Assembly (NCBI GenBank): GCA_029259725.1
Contig: JAJDER010000013.1
Span: 8,623 to 72,622, forward strand
Length of the DNA: 64,000 nt
Direction: 5' to 3'
Source of the DNA: Planctomycetota bacterium
GTDB taxonomy: Bacteria; Planctomycetota; B15-G4
Translations under genes and position numbers: made by a program
Shown here: piece by piece, positions 26,695 through 36,337 of the stretch
Layout: each line of letters starts with the position of its first letter
How positions within the stretch are numbered: position 1 is the stretch's first letter
Notes under the pieces: generated by a model
Databases searched by the model: none
Told to the model about the DNA's origin: nothing
Seen by the model: only the letters and a program-made list of their open reading frames with translations

Positions 26695-28527
26695 TCACGG
26701 CGTCGTGCCGCTCAGCGCGTTGCTCGCCGCGAAGCCCGCCGGGCCCGTCGCGTCGGCGATCCACACCTGGTAGTGGAGCGTCAGCGCGGCCGGCACGCCG
26801 GACGGCCAGGGGGCCGAGAGTTGCCAGCCACCGGCGGCGTCCGTCATCAGGCCGCCGACGACGATGTCCGGCGACGGGGTCAGGATGCCGCCCTTGAACG
26901 GCAGCGCGGCCACCGAGGACCCGATCACCATCCAGGCGGCGCTCGACGCCGCGGCGGACGCGAGCGCGAAGTTCACCGGGTCGTCGGCCAGCAGCGTGCC
27001 GTCCGCTCCGAGCACGGGCTCGCCGGTCGCGCCCGCCAGCGCGTTGCCGAGGTCGACCCAGGGATCCAGCCCGGCCGCGAAACGCAGCTTGTGCACCCGG
27101 CCGATGCCGCCACCGTCGTAGATGACGACGCAGTGGACGTCACCCGTGACGGGGTGGCTCTCCAGCGCGACGAGGAAGCCCAGGCCCGACGCGAAGTCCT
27201 GCGCCGCCGTCGCCGATCCGCCGGCGAACTCGACCGTCTTGATCCAGCCGCCGGTCCAGTCGCCGATGAACAGGCGGCCGTCGTGCTCCGCCGGATAGCT
27301 GCCGCCCGGATAGAACGTCCCGCCCACCGCGCAGGATCCGACGAAACCGTTGCCCGGCGCGCCGTTGGTGTCGAGGTGGACGCCGGCCGGCTTCAGGTCC
27401 GAGGCCTGGAAGTGGTGCCACGCGAGTGCCGGGTTCGTCGGCGTGCCTGCCTGCGCCGTGTTGCAGTTGGGGAAGGTCGGGCCCGGCGGGTTGAAGCCCT
27501 GGTAGGACCCGACCTGCGCGAAGCCTTCCTGGCACGGCCAGCCGAAGTTCTCGCCGCCCTGGCAGAGGTTGAGCTCCTCGCGCAGGAACCAGCCCACGTC
27601 GCCGATGGCGAGCACGTCCGAGCTGCCGTCCAGCGTGCCGGCCGGCGCGAGCGCCACGCGGAACGGGTTGCGCAGGCCCAGCGCCCACACACGGCTCGGG
27701 TTGCTGGCCGGGTCCCCGTCGTAGAACGGATTGCCCGGCAGGCCGAGTCCGGTCGCGGGATCGATGCGCAGCACCTTGCCGGCCATGCTCTCGAGCTGCT
27801 GCGAGCGGAACGCGCCGGCGTCCTGCGCGGCGGGTGTCGGCCCCTTCTGGCCCGAGACCGGGTGCACGAAGTCGTCGAAGCCGGCGTCGTCGTTCCCGCC
27901 ATTGTCGGTCAGGTCCCAGTGCGCGCCGTCGCCGGCGGTGACGAACAGCGTGCCGTCCGACGCGAAGATCAACGAACCGTTGCTGTGGCTGTTGTGCAGC
28001 GAGGCGATCGCGTCCGGGACGGCGCCGTCCGGCAGTGGGTGCCCGATGAGCACCTCACGGCTGGCGAGGTCCGCGACGAGCTGGCCGGCGGACAGCGTCG
28101 CCTTGTAGCGCGCGAGGCGCGAGAAGCCGAACGAGTTCGAGGGCCCGTAGGCCGGGTCGTTGCCCGGCTGCGACGACACCGGGTAGAGCAGGTAGACCCA
28201 GCTCGTGGCTCCGTCGTCCGCCGCCCACCCGGGATGGAAGGCCAAGCCGAGCAGGCCGCGATCCCAGTCGCTGTTGATCTCGGTGGACAGGTCGATGAAC
28301 GGCAGCGGCTGCACCGCGCTGCCGTCGTGCACCAGGACGACGCCGCCCTTCTGCAGGATCAGCATGGTGCCGTCCGGCGCGAACTTCATCCCGGTGGGAT
28401 CGTCGAACGCGCCGGGCACGGGCACGAGTTCGAACCCCGGGGGAAGCGTCTGGGCACTCGCCGGTACGTCGAGACCGCAGACGGCGGCGAGCATGAGCAC
28501 GAGCGACAAGCTGCTGGCGCGGAACAT
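26695..28527 (-). CDS. Secreted PQQ-dependent sugar dehydrogenase-like beta-propeller (glucose/sorbosone dehydrogenase family) with shared C-terminal module
   Basis: ATG 28527 (GGGAGGA upstream). Signal peptide MFRASSLSLVLMLAAVCGLDVPASA|Q. GSDH-family blocks (LPPGFELVPV..FDDPTGMKFAPDG, DRGLLGLAFHP, HNGGSL-like HSNGSLIFASDGTLFV, GLRNPFR, GKVLRIDP). C-terminal LPFKGGILTPSPD..SNALSGTTP. Confidence 0.8.
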   Translation of the reverse strand: MFRASSLSLVLMLAAVCGLDVPASAQTLPPGFELVPVPGAFDDPTGMKFAPDGTMLILQKGGVVLVHDGSAVQPLPFIDLSTEINSDWDRGLLGLAFHPGWAADDGATSWVYLLYPVSSQPGNDPAYGPSNSFGFSRLARYKATLSAGQLVADLASREVLIGHPLPDGAVPDAIASLHNSHSNGSLIFASDGTLFVTAGDGAHWDLTDNGGNDDAGFDDFVHPVSGQKGPTPAAQDAGAFRSQQLESMAGKVLRIDPATGLGLPGNPFYDGDPASNPSRVWALGLRNPFRVALAPAGTLDGSSDVLAIGDVGWFLREELNLCQGGENFGWPCQEGFAQVGSYQGFNPPGPTFPNCNTAQAGTPTNPALAWHHFQASDLKPAGVHLDTNGAPGNGFVGSCAVGGTFYPGGSYPAEHDGRLFIGDWTGGWIKTVEFAGGSATAAQDFASGLGFLVALESHPVTGDVHCVVIYDGGGIGRVHKLRFAAGLDPWVDLGNALAGATGEPVLGADGTLLADDPVNFALASAAASSAAWMVIGSSVAALPFKGGILTPSPDIVVGGLMTDAAGGWQLSAPWPSGVPAALTLHYQVWIADATGPAGFAASNALSGTTP

Positions 28528-28569
28528 GCGTTGTCCTCCCGGGACCCGAATGAGGACCAACGGTATCAC

Positions 28570-29187
28570 TCATCCCGGCGCCTGCCTCCGGCGGAGGACC
28601 TTGCCCAGTTCGACCAGGGCCTGGGCGTGCATCATGCGCGCGGCGTCCGAACTCGGGCGGCCGGTCTGCTCGGCGATGGACGCCCAGGACTCGCCCACGT
28701 AGAGCCGCATCACGATCAGGTCGCGATGTTCGGCCGTGAGTTCGTCGAGTGCCGCCTCCAGGAGTGCCGCCTGTTCGTCCGCGGCGGCTCGCTCGACGGG
28801 GAGAGTCACGTTCGCGGTCGGATCCACGCCGATGGTCCCGCTGGCTCCGGGCGCGACCAGGCGCTGCTCGCGCCGGGCGTCCCGCTTGGCTGCCCCGTGC
28901 CGATCCGCGGCCGCGTAGACCTGTCGCTCGGCCAGCGTCGCGAGCCACTTGATCAGGCTGGCTTCATCCCGGACTTCGAATCGCTCGAAGGACCGGACCG
29001 CCTCCAGGAAGGTCTCCTGCAGGATGTCGGCACTGTCCACCCGGCGTCGGAGTGCGGCACCGAGCCGCGCACGCACGACCTTGCGCACGCGTTCGTAGTA
29101 GCGGGCGCAGAGCGCGTCGAGGGCGGCCGCGTCCCCGGCCTGGGCGCGTTGCACGAGATCGAGCGAGCGGGTGACGTCTGCGTCCAT
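28570..29187 (-). CDS. ECF-type sigma-70 family factor (STK-linked type)
   Basis: 205 aa. Region 2 (DSADILQETFLEAVRSFERF..SLIKWLATLAERQV), a long sigma2-sigma4 linker, and region 4 HTH (LIVMRLYVGESWASIAEQTGRPSSDAARMMHAQAL). It lies 33 nt downstream of the kinase gene on the same strand. Confidence 0.85.
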   Translation of the reverse strand: MDADVTRSLDLVQRAQAGDAAALDALCARYYERVRKVVRARLGAALRRRVDSADILQETFLEAVRSFERFEVRDEASLIKWLATLAERQVYAAADRHGAAKRDARREQRLVAPGASGTIGVDPTANVTLPVERAAADEQAALLEAALDELTAEHRDLIVMRLYVGESWASIAEQTGRPSSDAARMMHAQALVELGKVLRRRQAPG

Positions 29188-29220
29188 GGCTGAGAGAGCG
29201 GCGTGGCCGCTGGGAACCCA

Positions 29221-31215
29221 TCATACGTCGTCCTCCGCTCCGTCCTCCGCTCCGTCCAACGCGGGCTCTGCCGGGGCGGGCTGGACCGCGAACCAGCACA
29301 CGAAGCGATGCAGGTCCTCGGGCCACGCATCGTGCTCGGGAGCGGAGGCTTCCGTGGCCAGGGCCTCGGCCAGGTTCCGGCGCTGCGTGTCCGTGACGGC
29401 GACGGCGCCACCGCGATTCGATGGGGCGGCTTCGAGCAGTTCGCGAGCCCGGTCGATCCCGACACCGGGCGATCCGGCTGGAAGGAGATACGCCTCGCGC
29501 GCCAGGGCGTCCAGCCACTCCGCCAGCTCCGCTGCGGGTCTGGCGGTGGCGAAGACCCAGAGCCCTTCGTAGCCGACCTCGGCCACGGGCTCGCCCACCG
29601 TCGCGCCCCCGACATGCACCGCACCGGCTGCGGGTTCCACGAGCAGGTCCCAGTCCGACGCCTCCGGCGCTTCGGTCGGCAGCAGCAGGACCGGCTTGCG
29701 GGGCAGGATCCAGTCGGCGCTGCGCTGTCGACCGAGGACCGAGAGGACGTAGACGTGGACCGGGGCCTCGGCCTGGATGCGGACACCCAGGATGTCGCCG
29801 GCGCGAGCGATGTCGTCCAGCTCGGTATCGAGAGGCACGAGTCGATGGCCGTCGTACCGCGCAGCCGTGAGCAGGACCGCGGCACCGGGCGTCCGGGTGT
29901 TCATCCACCAGGCCACCACCACGAGCAGCCCTGCGGCCAGTGCAGCGAAGACGTGACGGCGTCGCCGCGCCAGTGCCACGAGCCGCGTGAGCGGACCCGC
30001 ACCGCGCTCCAGGAGCGCGACCGGGACTTCTGTCCCGCCGAGGTATCGATCCAGATCGTCACGCAGGTCGCGTGCGCTGGCATAGCGCCGGGTGGTGTCG
30101 GCGTGCATGGCCTTGAGGCAGATGGCGTCGAGGGCGGCCGGCACCGTCGGATCGACTTCGCTCGGCGTGCGCAGGTCTCCGGCCACGATCCGATCCATGA
30201 CGACGCTGACGCTGTCCCCGGAGTAGGCCCGATCCAGTGTCAGCAACTCGTAGAGGATCACGCCGAGCTGGTACACATCGGTTCTCGGGTCGGCCCCGAC
30301 AGTCTTGCGGCGCACCTGTTCCGGCGACAGGTACGGGGGTGTGCCGACCAGGCCCCGGGTCACGGCGCCCACGCCGCTGCCGAAGGTGGCGGCCAGACCG
30401 AAGTCGAGGACGACGGGCGTGCCGTCTCCGCGCACCAGCACGTTGGACGGCTTCAGGTCGCGGTGCAGGATGCCGGCACCGTGCGTGGCCTCGAGTGTTG
30501 CCGCCAGACCGCGCGCGAAGCCGGAAACGGTGCACCACCACGAGCCGCTGTCGACCGGGTGCTCGTGACCCTTCGGCAACGGCTTGTCCACGGCGGCCAG
30601 CAGGGCCCTTCCCGACGTGGGTGCTCGCCGCCGCCCGTCGGCCGAGGTCTTGAGCGACGCGCGCACGCGCTCGAGCACTTCGTCCAATCCTCGGCCCTCG
30701 ATCAGGTCCATGACCAGGAAGGGGCCGAACGCGCTCCAGCCGGCCTCGTGGATGGCCACCACGCCGGGGTGCTGAAGCGATGCGAGCGCACGACACTCCT
30801 GTTGGAAACGCTCCTGCGGGGAGAACGCGCTGCCCTCGGCTTGTTCCGCCGTCACGATCTTCAGGGCGACGAGCCGGTCGAGCTGCAGGTCGTGCGCTTC
30901 GAAGACGCGGCCCATGCCGCCGGCACCGATCTCGCGGACGAGGCGATACCGATCCACGAGGATCGCACCGGGACCGGCCGCGGGCCGGAGTGGGTGCGGG
31001 GTCGGCGCGGTCACGACGGAGGACTCGATCAGGGCGCGCGCACCCTGCGCGTCGGCGACCAGCTGCCGGAAGACGACGGCCTCGTCGAGACCGAGCCTCG
31101 CGGCCCAGACGTCCATGTCCCCGGGATCACCACCCTCGAGCGCTTTCAGGTAGAGCGCAGCGAGCCGGTCGGGCGAGCCGGCACCCGCGGGGTCGGGGAG
31201 AGTCGGATTCGTCAT
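29221..31215 (-). CDS. Hanks-type Ser/Thr protein kinase with one TM helix and an extracytoplasmic DUF4384-like domain
   Basis: ATG 31215 (GGAGGCG upstream). GAGGMGRV, VALK, HRDLKPSNVL, DFGLA, GTPPYLSPE. TM segment HVFAALAAGLLVVVAWW. The external domain has the pattern GDILGVRIQAEAPVHVYVLSV (DUF4384-like, from memory). Confidence 0.9.
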   Translation of the reverse strand: MTNPTLPDPAGAGSPDRLAALYLKALEGGDPGDMDVWAARLGLDEAVVFRQLVADAQGARALIESSVVTAPTPHPLRPAAGPGAILVDRYRLVREIGAGGMGRVFEAHDLQLDRLVALKIVTAEQAEGSAFSPQERFQQECRALASLQHPGVVAIHEAGWSAFGPFLVMDLIEGRGLDEVLERVRASLKTSADGRRRAPTSGRALLAAVDKPLPKGHEHPVDSGSWWCTVSGFARGLAATLEATHGAGILHRDLKPSNVLVRGDGTPVVLDFGLAATFGSGVGAVTRGLVGTPPYLSPEQVRRKTVGADPRTDVYQLGVILYELLTLDRAYSGDSVSVVMDRIVAGDLRTPSEVDPTVPAALDAICLKAMHADTTRRYASARDLRDDLDRYLGGTEVPVALLERGAGPLTRLVALARRRRHVFAALAAGLLVVVAWWMNTRTPGAAVLLTAARYDGHRLVPLDTELDDIARAGDILGVRIQAEAPVHVYVLSVLGRQRSADWILPRKPVLLLPTEAPEASDWDLLVEPAAGAVHVGGATVGEPVAEVGYEGLWVFATARPAAELAEWLDALAREAYLLPAGSPGVGIDRARELLEAAPSNRGGAVAVTDTQRRNLAEALATEASAPEHDAWPEDLHRFVCWFAVQPAPAEPALDGAEDGAEDDV

Positions 31216-31414
31216 CGCGTCTGCGCCTCCAGGCGCCGGGTTGCGGCTTCCCATCCTATGGGCACCGCCAGCCGTGAGCGAAGGTAGCCGGAGCGGTCGG
31301 GCCTGGATCCCGGGTTTTCTGGAGGTCGTCCCTTCGGTCGAGCGGCCCGCCTCCCATGTCGGGGGCGAGCGGAGCCACGAGGGCTTCCTCGGCCACGAAC
31401 CGGAGGAAACGAAG

Positions 31415-33160
31415 ATGTTCACCAGGACCCTGATCAACGCCGGCCTCGTTCTCGCCAGCCTGGCCGCCCCCGCGGCCCCCCAGCTGCTCTCCGACGAACA
31501 GGTCTGGGACTTCGAGAACAAGAAGCACCTCTCCCGGATGCCGACCACCCAGACGGAGGTCGACTCCCGCATCCGCGTCACCTGGATCGACAAGGACTGC
31601 AAGCAACTCGGGAGAGGCATCGCCTTCGAGGGCAAGCAGGAAGGGGGCTGGGGTTCGCTGCTGCTGAACCACTTCTCCGAAGGACTCGGGACGTTCCGTT
31701 CCCGCTGTTACCTGGTCGGAGACGACGACTCGCTGCTCGCCCTCGAGACCCGCGGCGCGATTCGCATCGCCACGGTCGACCACGACTACTACCTGTTCGC
31801 GGTGAAGACGCCCGGCGGAATCGGAGCGTTCCTCGCGGCCGACAGCGAGGCCGTCTCTCCGCTCTTTGATCTGGGTCTCCCCGGTGCGAGCGCGTGTGAC
31901 CTGGAGCTCGTCCTGTTCGAGACCGAAGTGGCGGCACGGGCGCGGGCGGTCGGACCCTGCAACGGAGACGCCGAGCCGGTCCTGGGAGCCTGGGTTGACA
32001 TCGGGACCTACCCGCTGGACGCCGGCGCCGACGGGAGCGCCGACGGGGACGACGACGACCTCGATGAGGAGACCGAGGAGGAACTCCACCAGCTCTCGAA
32101 GCTGCTCCAGGGTCAGTTCGCCTACCTGGTGGGGGCCTCCGGCCTGAGCAAGAAGGAGACGCGGGTGGTCTTCAACCAGCTGTGGACCGAAGCGGATTTG
32201 CTGAGCGGGTTGTTCCAGCATGACTTCTTCACCGAGGTCACCGCGATCCAGGCCGACCTCCGTGACCTGCAGACGCAGGCCGCTGACGCGAACGACGCTC
32301 CGGGGCAGCAGGTCGCCCTGGCGGACGGCGCCGCCCAGATCGGCGACCTCCGCGATCGCACCGAGGCCCTGCTGCTGGCTCTCGATGGGTCCACGGTTTC
32401 GGGTGCGTCCGGCGTCGGCGGGGCGGATGTGGCGCCCGGGCCGCTCGCCGAGACGGTCCAGAAGAAGCTCGCGATGAAGAACCTGAAGGTCGTGTCCAAG
32501 AACCTCGTTGCCGCCCAGAAGGGCGCGGACAAGGGCAGCGTGAAGTTCATCAAGAAGTACGTGTGCCTGCTGCAAAAAGCGCTCGAGCGGCTCACGGCGA
32601 CCGGCTACAACTTTCGCGGCTTCAAGGCCACGCGCATCGCGCACCTCCCGCTGCCAGCCCTGGTCAAGCCCGACGTGACCCCGTCCGGTGGCGGCGGCGG
32701 TGGCGGCACGGGGAACGCCACGCTCCAGGCCGACTTCGTCTACGGCACGGGCTTCACCGAGAGCCTGAGCGCGTCGGGCGCCGACGTGACGGCCGAGTAC
32801 CAGGTGTCCTCGGGCTTCACCTTCATCTCGGCCACGGGCCCGAACGGCGTGCTCAGCATGCAACTGGGGTACGACCCGTTGACCGAGGGTGCCCAGGTGT
32901 TCAACAGCAAGGTGTTCGCGGCGCCCTTCACGGGCAGCCTGCACAGCTTCAACTGGCAACCCCTGGGCGCCCCGGGTGGCTTCCTGCCGCCGCCCTTCAG
33001 CATGGGTGGATCCACGGCGGCCCTCTCGGTCGAGGTGGAGATCACGCAGAACGCCGGCGGTGAATTCGACCTCACCTTCTCCGGGACGCTGTTCGGCATC
33101 AACGGCTCCACGGCCCAGATCGACGGCTCGGGCTCGATGGCCTGGACCGTCACGAACTGA
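31415..33160 (+). CDS. Secreted 581-aa orphan protein (N-domain, acidic linker, helical Lys-rich region, poly-Gly, C-terminal beta domain)
   Basis: ATG 31415 (GGAGGA 8 nt upstream). Signal peptide MFTRTLINAGLVLASLAAPAA|PQ. DGDDDDLDEETEEE, KKLAMKNLKVVSKNLVAAQKGADKGSVKFIKKY, SGGGGGGGTG. No family recognised. Divergent from the kinase gene. Confidence 0.6.
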   Translation: MFTRTLINAGLVLASLAAPAAPQLLSDEQVWDFENKKHLSRMPTTQTEVDSRIRVTWIDKDCKQLGRGIAFEGKQEGGWGSLLLNHFSEGLGTFRSRCYLVGDDDSLLALETRGAIRIATVDHDYYLFAVKTPGGIGAFLAADSEAVSPLFDLGLPGASACDLELVLFETEVAARARAVGPCNGDAEPVLGAWVDIGTYPLDAGADGSADGDDDDLDEETEEELHQLSKLLQGQFAYLVGASGLSKKETRVVFNQLWTEADLLSGLFQHDFFTEVTAIQADLRDLQTQAADANDAPGQQVALADGAAQIGDLRDRTEALLLALDGSTVSGASGVGGADVAPGPLAETVQKKLAMKNLKVVSKNLVAAQKGADKGSVKFIKKYVCLLQKALERLTATGYNFRGFKATRIAHLPLPALVKPDVTPSGGGGGGGTGNATLQADFVYGTGFTESLSASGADVTAEYQVSSGFTFISATGPNGVLSMQLGYDPLTEGAQVFNSKVFAAPFTGSLHSFNWQPLGAPGGFLPPPFSMGGSTAALSVEVEITQNAGGEFDLTFSGTLFGINGSTAQIDGSGSMAWTVTN

Positions 33161-33170
33161 GTCTCCGCGC

Positions 33171-33221
33171 CGACGACGATGCCAGGCCCGGTCGGGTTGC
33201 AACCCGACCGGGCCGTCGTCG
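33171..33221. terminator. Long GC-rich hairpin between convergent genes (likely bidirectional terminator)
   Basis: Palindrome ggcccggtcgggtt-gc-aacccgaccgggcc (33185-33214), extended by cgacgac (33171-33177) pairing with gtcgtcg (33215-33221). It lies 11 nt after the stop of 31415-33160. Confidence 0.5.
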
Positions 33222-33262
33222 TACCGGGCCACTCTCGGCGCGCATGACTTCCGCCACGAACG

Positions 33263-36200
33263 CTAGGACCACGCACCACTCAACACGAAGGCAGCCCAGG
33301 TCGCCGGCCGACCCTCGCCGTGGCGGCGCCGCTGGAGCTCGAGCATCTCGAGTTGCGCTCGACGCAGGGCTTCGGCGCGACCGAGCCCGTCGATCCAGAG
33401 GGCTCGATAGAAGCGCTCCATCAACGCGGCGGTCGAGCCGTCATCCACGGCCCACAGCGACGCGATCAGGGTCCGGGCACCAGCGAGGTGGAAGGCCCGC
33501 CGCAGTCCGATCAGCCCCTCGCCGGCGCGTGGCTCGCCGAGACCCGTTCCGCACGCGCTGAGCACGACGAGTTCGGTCGCGGACAGATCGAGCCAGGCCA
33601 CCTCTGCGGCCGTGAGGTGGGCGTCGGGATCAGCGTTGGCACCGGCGCACACGAGCCCCGCGGCCAGGCCGGGGAAACGGTGGCGCAGCAGGTCAGCGGC
33701 GTTCGCGTCGGCGGCGCTCACGTCGGTCTCGATCGGAGGCTCGAAGAACGCGTGCGTCGCGAGGTGCAACACCTTCGCGCGCGACATCTCGTCCCGGACG
33801 CGGGCCTTCGTGGCGCCAGCCCCCGTCAACAGCACGCGTGGGGCCTGCTCTCCGAACTTCTCGGCATGAAGGTCGAGCACCACCCGGGATTCGTAGGCCG
33901 TGGCTGGCAGGGGAGCCCAACGCTTGCCTCCCCCTCCACCGGGGGTACGGGGCGTCGCCTCTCCGGTGCCATCGAAGCGCACGTCCCCCACGCTGACCAG
34001 CGACGAAGAACCGGAGGAGGGCAGGGGCTCCTTGGTAGCGGGGTCGACGAGCACGACGTCATGGGACTCCAGCAGGTAGCGCTCATCCTCGAGCAGGATG
34101 GCGCCCCAGGGCACCATGCCCACGATTCCGTCGGGAGAGATCTGGAGGCGCCCCACCCCGTCCAGGTGTGATGCGAGAGGTTCCCACAGACTTGCGCGCA
34201 GTCGATTGTTGGCCGGCCCTGTCCGACCCGTTGCTCGATCGACGGACAGGATCTCGGCGAGGAAGTCCCGGACGTCGGCTTCCAGTACGGAGAGGTCCCC
34301 GAGATCGATCCGGCGCACGCCATCGCGACCGCCCCGGCGGATCCAGGCGCTGACGCGCGGTGAAGCCCAGTGGCCGGGTCCGGCTGCCGCCCGGTCGGTG
34401 TCGTAGGGTCGCCAGATCAGGAGATCCGCGAGCGCGGTCCCTTCCGGAAGCGTGGGCGTCGGCAGCCGATTCCGAGGTGTCGGCAAGCCGGTCGCCCCCA
34501 GTCTCCGCTCCAGCTCGTCGCGTTCTCGCGTCAGCGCTTCGAGCTGCTCCGGTGACGCCGACATCCGAGTCGCCATGACCGAGAGGCCCGCCTGGACCTC
34601 GCGCAGCCGGTCGAGGGATGGCGTCAGGTCTTCGTCCTGCTGGTCATGGAGCGCCCGACGGCCCGCGAGCTGGTAGCGGGCGAGCCTCCCCTTCCACAGC
34701 AGGATCGCCCGGTGCACCTCGTCCTCCCGGTCGAGCTCCGACGACAGTCCGATCAACAGGTCGAGATGGGACCGGTAGGCCCCGATGAAGTCGAGCGCCT
34801 CGGGCTCGGAGAACGCCGCGAGGGTCAACTCGAGGTGCCTGTCGAGCGGCTCGATCGTTGACCACGTGAGGTCCCAGGCCTGCTCGGATTGCCCGAGCTC
34901 GATGAACCGTTGGGCCAGGTTGCCGACACGCTCGAGCGTGAGCGGATGATCGGCACCGACAGTCGCCCGCGACATGTCGACGGAGCGCCGGAGCAGAGCC
35001 ACGGCGGCTTCCGGATCACCGCTCTCGGCGAGAGTGACGGCCAGGTTGTTGAGGGCCAGTGCGATGTCGGGATGGTCTCCCGCATGGGCGGCTTCGACGA
35101 TCGACAGGGCGCGCCTGAGGTCATCGACCGCCTCGGCGTGACGCCCTGCCTGCCCCAGGGCCCGCGCACGCCGGCCGAGGTCCTTGGCGAGCACGGGGTG
35201 GTCGGGTCCGGCTTGCAGGACGCGTGCAGAGACGACACCGTCGAGAAGCTCCAGGGAAGCCGTGGTCTCGCCCAGCCGACTCAACACTCCCGCCAGGGCG
35301 GCCTGGGTGTCCAGCAACGCGGGAGTCCCCGGAGCGAGAGCGGTCGACTGGATCTCCAGGGCCCGCTGGTGATAGGTGCGCGCCACCGTGTCCTGCCCCA
35401 CGCCCTCGTGGAACTGTCCGAGGTGGAACAGGGCGAGCCCCACGCGGGGATGGCGACCGCCCAGCTCGTCCTGGATGACGGCCAGGGCCTGTTCTCGATG
35501 ATGCCGCGCTTCCGGAATCCGGCCGACCTCTTCCAGAGCGGCGGCGAGGCTCGTTGCCGCCCGGGCGGTGTCGAGGTGGTCGGCGCCGTGGACGTCCACG
35601 AACATCGTCCATGAGCGTTCCAACAGACGCAGCGCACCCTTCGCGTCCCCGCCCGCTCGCCGCGCTCGTGCGAGGTTGGCCAGCGAGGCCGCCGTGAGCG
35701 CGCTCGCCCCGGTGAGGTCCTCTCTCAGCTCGAGAGCCGCCTGCAGTCTCTCCCGTGCCCGTGCGAGGTCGCCGGTGTCCGTGAGCAGGATGCCGAGGTT
35801 CGTGAGGGTGGCGGCGAGCTTCATGGGATCGCGAGGCTCCGCGGACTCACGGATCGCGAGCGCCCGTTCGTACATGCTTCGCGCTTCGGCCCAGGCACCG
35901 CCCTGGTGCAGCATGGTGGCGAGGTCGTTGGCCCGGCCGGCGATGATGCCTGCGTCCGGATCCGTTCCCGCTTCGGCCAGTTCGAGGGACAGACGGCCGA
36001 GGACCGCGGCCGAGATCAGGTCTCCCCGCTGCAGCGCCATCCGCGCGAAGTCGTTGGCGCGCAGGGAGCGATCACGCTGTTGAGCGTTGCTCGCGTCGAT
36101 GCGCGTGGCGATCACGACCATCGTCTCCCGAGCGACGTCCGAGCGTCCTGCCTGAGCGGCTCGACCATGGAGCTGGCCGAGCGCGTCGAGCGCCTCGTCG

Positions 36201-36337
36201 CCGGGGATCTCGGAGAGGAGCTCGAGCGCGCGCCGCAACTCGTCCGGTGGCGGATCGTCCGGCGCGCGCGTACCCACGGTCGCCAACGCGACCATCAGCA
36301 CGGGCGTCAGGAGCCGGTGAGCGCTCATCCAGTGCAT
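33263..36337 (-). CDS. Secreted TPR-repeat / CHAT-domain (caspase-like) protein, second copy of this architecture
   Basis: ATG 36337 or 36328 (MSAHRLLTPVLMVALATVGTRA, signal-like). About 12 TPR_12-like repeats (NLGILLTDTGDLARARERLQAAL, LNNLAVTLAESGDPEAAVALLRRSV ..). CHAT dyad context VLHLATHAFFE ... LVVLSACGTGLG, ending RPATWAAFVLSGAW. Confidence 0.85.
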   Translation of the reverse strand: MHWMSAHRLLTPVLMVALATVGTRAPDDPPPDELRRALELLSEIPGDEALDALGQLHGRAAQAGRSDVARETMVVIATRIDASNAQQRDRSLRANDFARMALQRGDLISAAVLGRLSLELAEAGTDPDAGIIAGRANDLATMLHQGGAWAEARSMYERALAIRESAEPRDPMKLAATLTNLGILLTDTGDLARARERLQAALELREDLTGASALTAASLANLARARRAGGDAKGALRLLERSWTMFVDVHGADHLDTARAATSLAAALEEVGRIPEARHHREQALAVIQDELGGRHPRVGLALFHLGQFHEGVGQDTVARTYHQRALEIQSTALAPGTPALLDTQAALAGVLSRLGETTASLELLDGVVSARVLQAGPDHPVLAKDLGRRARALGQAGRHAEAVDDLRRALSIVEAAHAGDHPDIALALNNLAVTLAESGDPEAAVALLRRSVDMSRATVGADHPLTLERVGNLAQRFIELGQSEQAWDLTWSTIEPLDRHLELTLAAFSEPEALDFIGAYRSHLDLLIGLSSELDREDEVHRAILLWKGRLARYQLAGRRALHDQQDEDLTPSLDRLREVQAGLSVMATRMSASPEQLEALTRERDELERRLGATGLPTPRNRLPTPTLPEGTALADLLIWRPYDTDRAAAGPGHWASPRVSAWIRRGGRDGVRRIDLGDLSVLEADVRDFLAEILSVDRATGRTGPANNRLRASLWEPLASHLDGVGRLQISPDGIVGMVPWGAILLEDERYLLESHDVVLVDPATKEPLPSSGSSSLVSVGDVRFDGTGEATPRTPGGGGGKRWAPLPATAYESRVVLDLHAEKFGEQAPRVLLTGAGATKARVRDEMSRAKVLHLATHAFFEPPIETDVSAADANAADLLRHRFPGLAAGLVCAGANADPDAHLTAAEVAWLDLSATELVVLSACGTGLGEPRAGEGLIGLRRAFHLAGARTLIASLWAVDDGSTAALMERFYRALWIDGLGRAEALRRAQLEMLELQRRRHGEGRPATWAAFVLSGAWS

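Noticed and set aside
26773-29193. 806-aa plus-strand ORF. The same reasoning applies to similar long ORFs: 14012-16558, 17626-19590, 17948-20398, 36456-38558, 36721-38364, 41124-42779, 44391-46709 and 61505-63004.
   Set aside because: Each is the antisense or out-of-frame shadow of a gene with recognisable domains. None shows a motif, SD-linked start or plausible composition.
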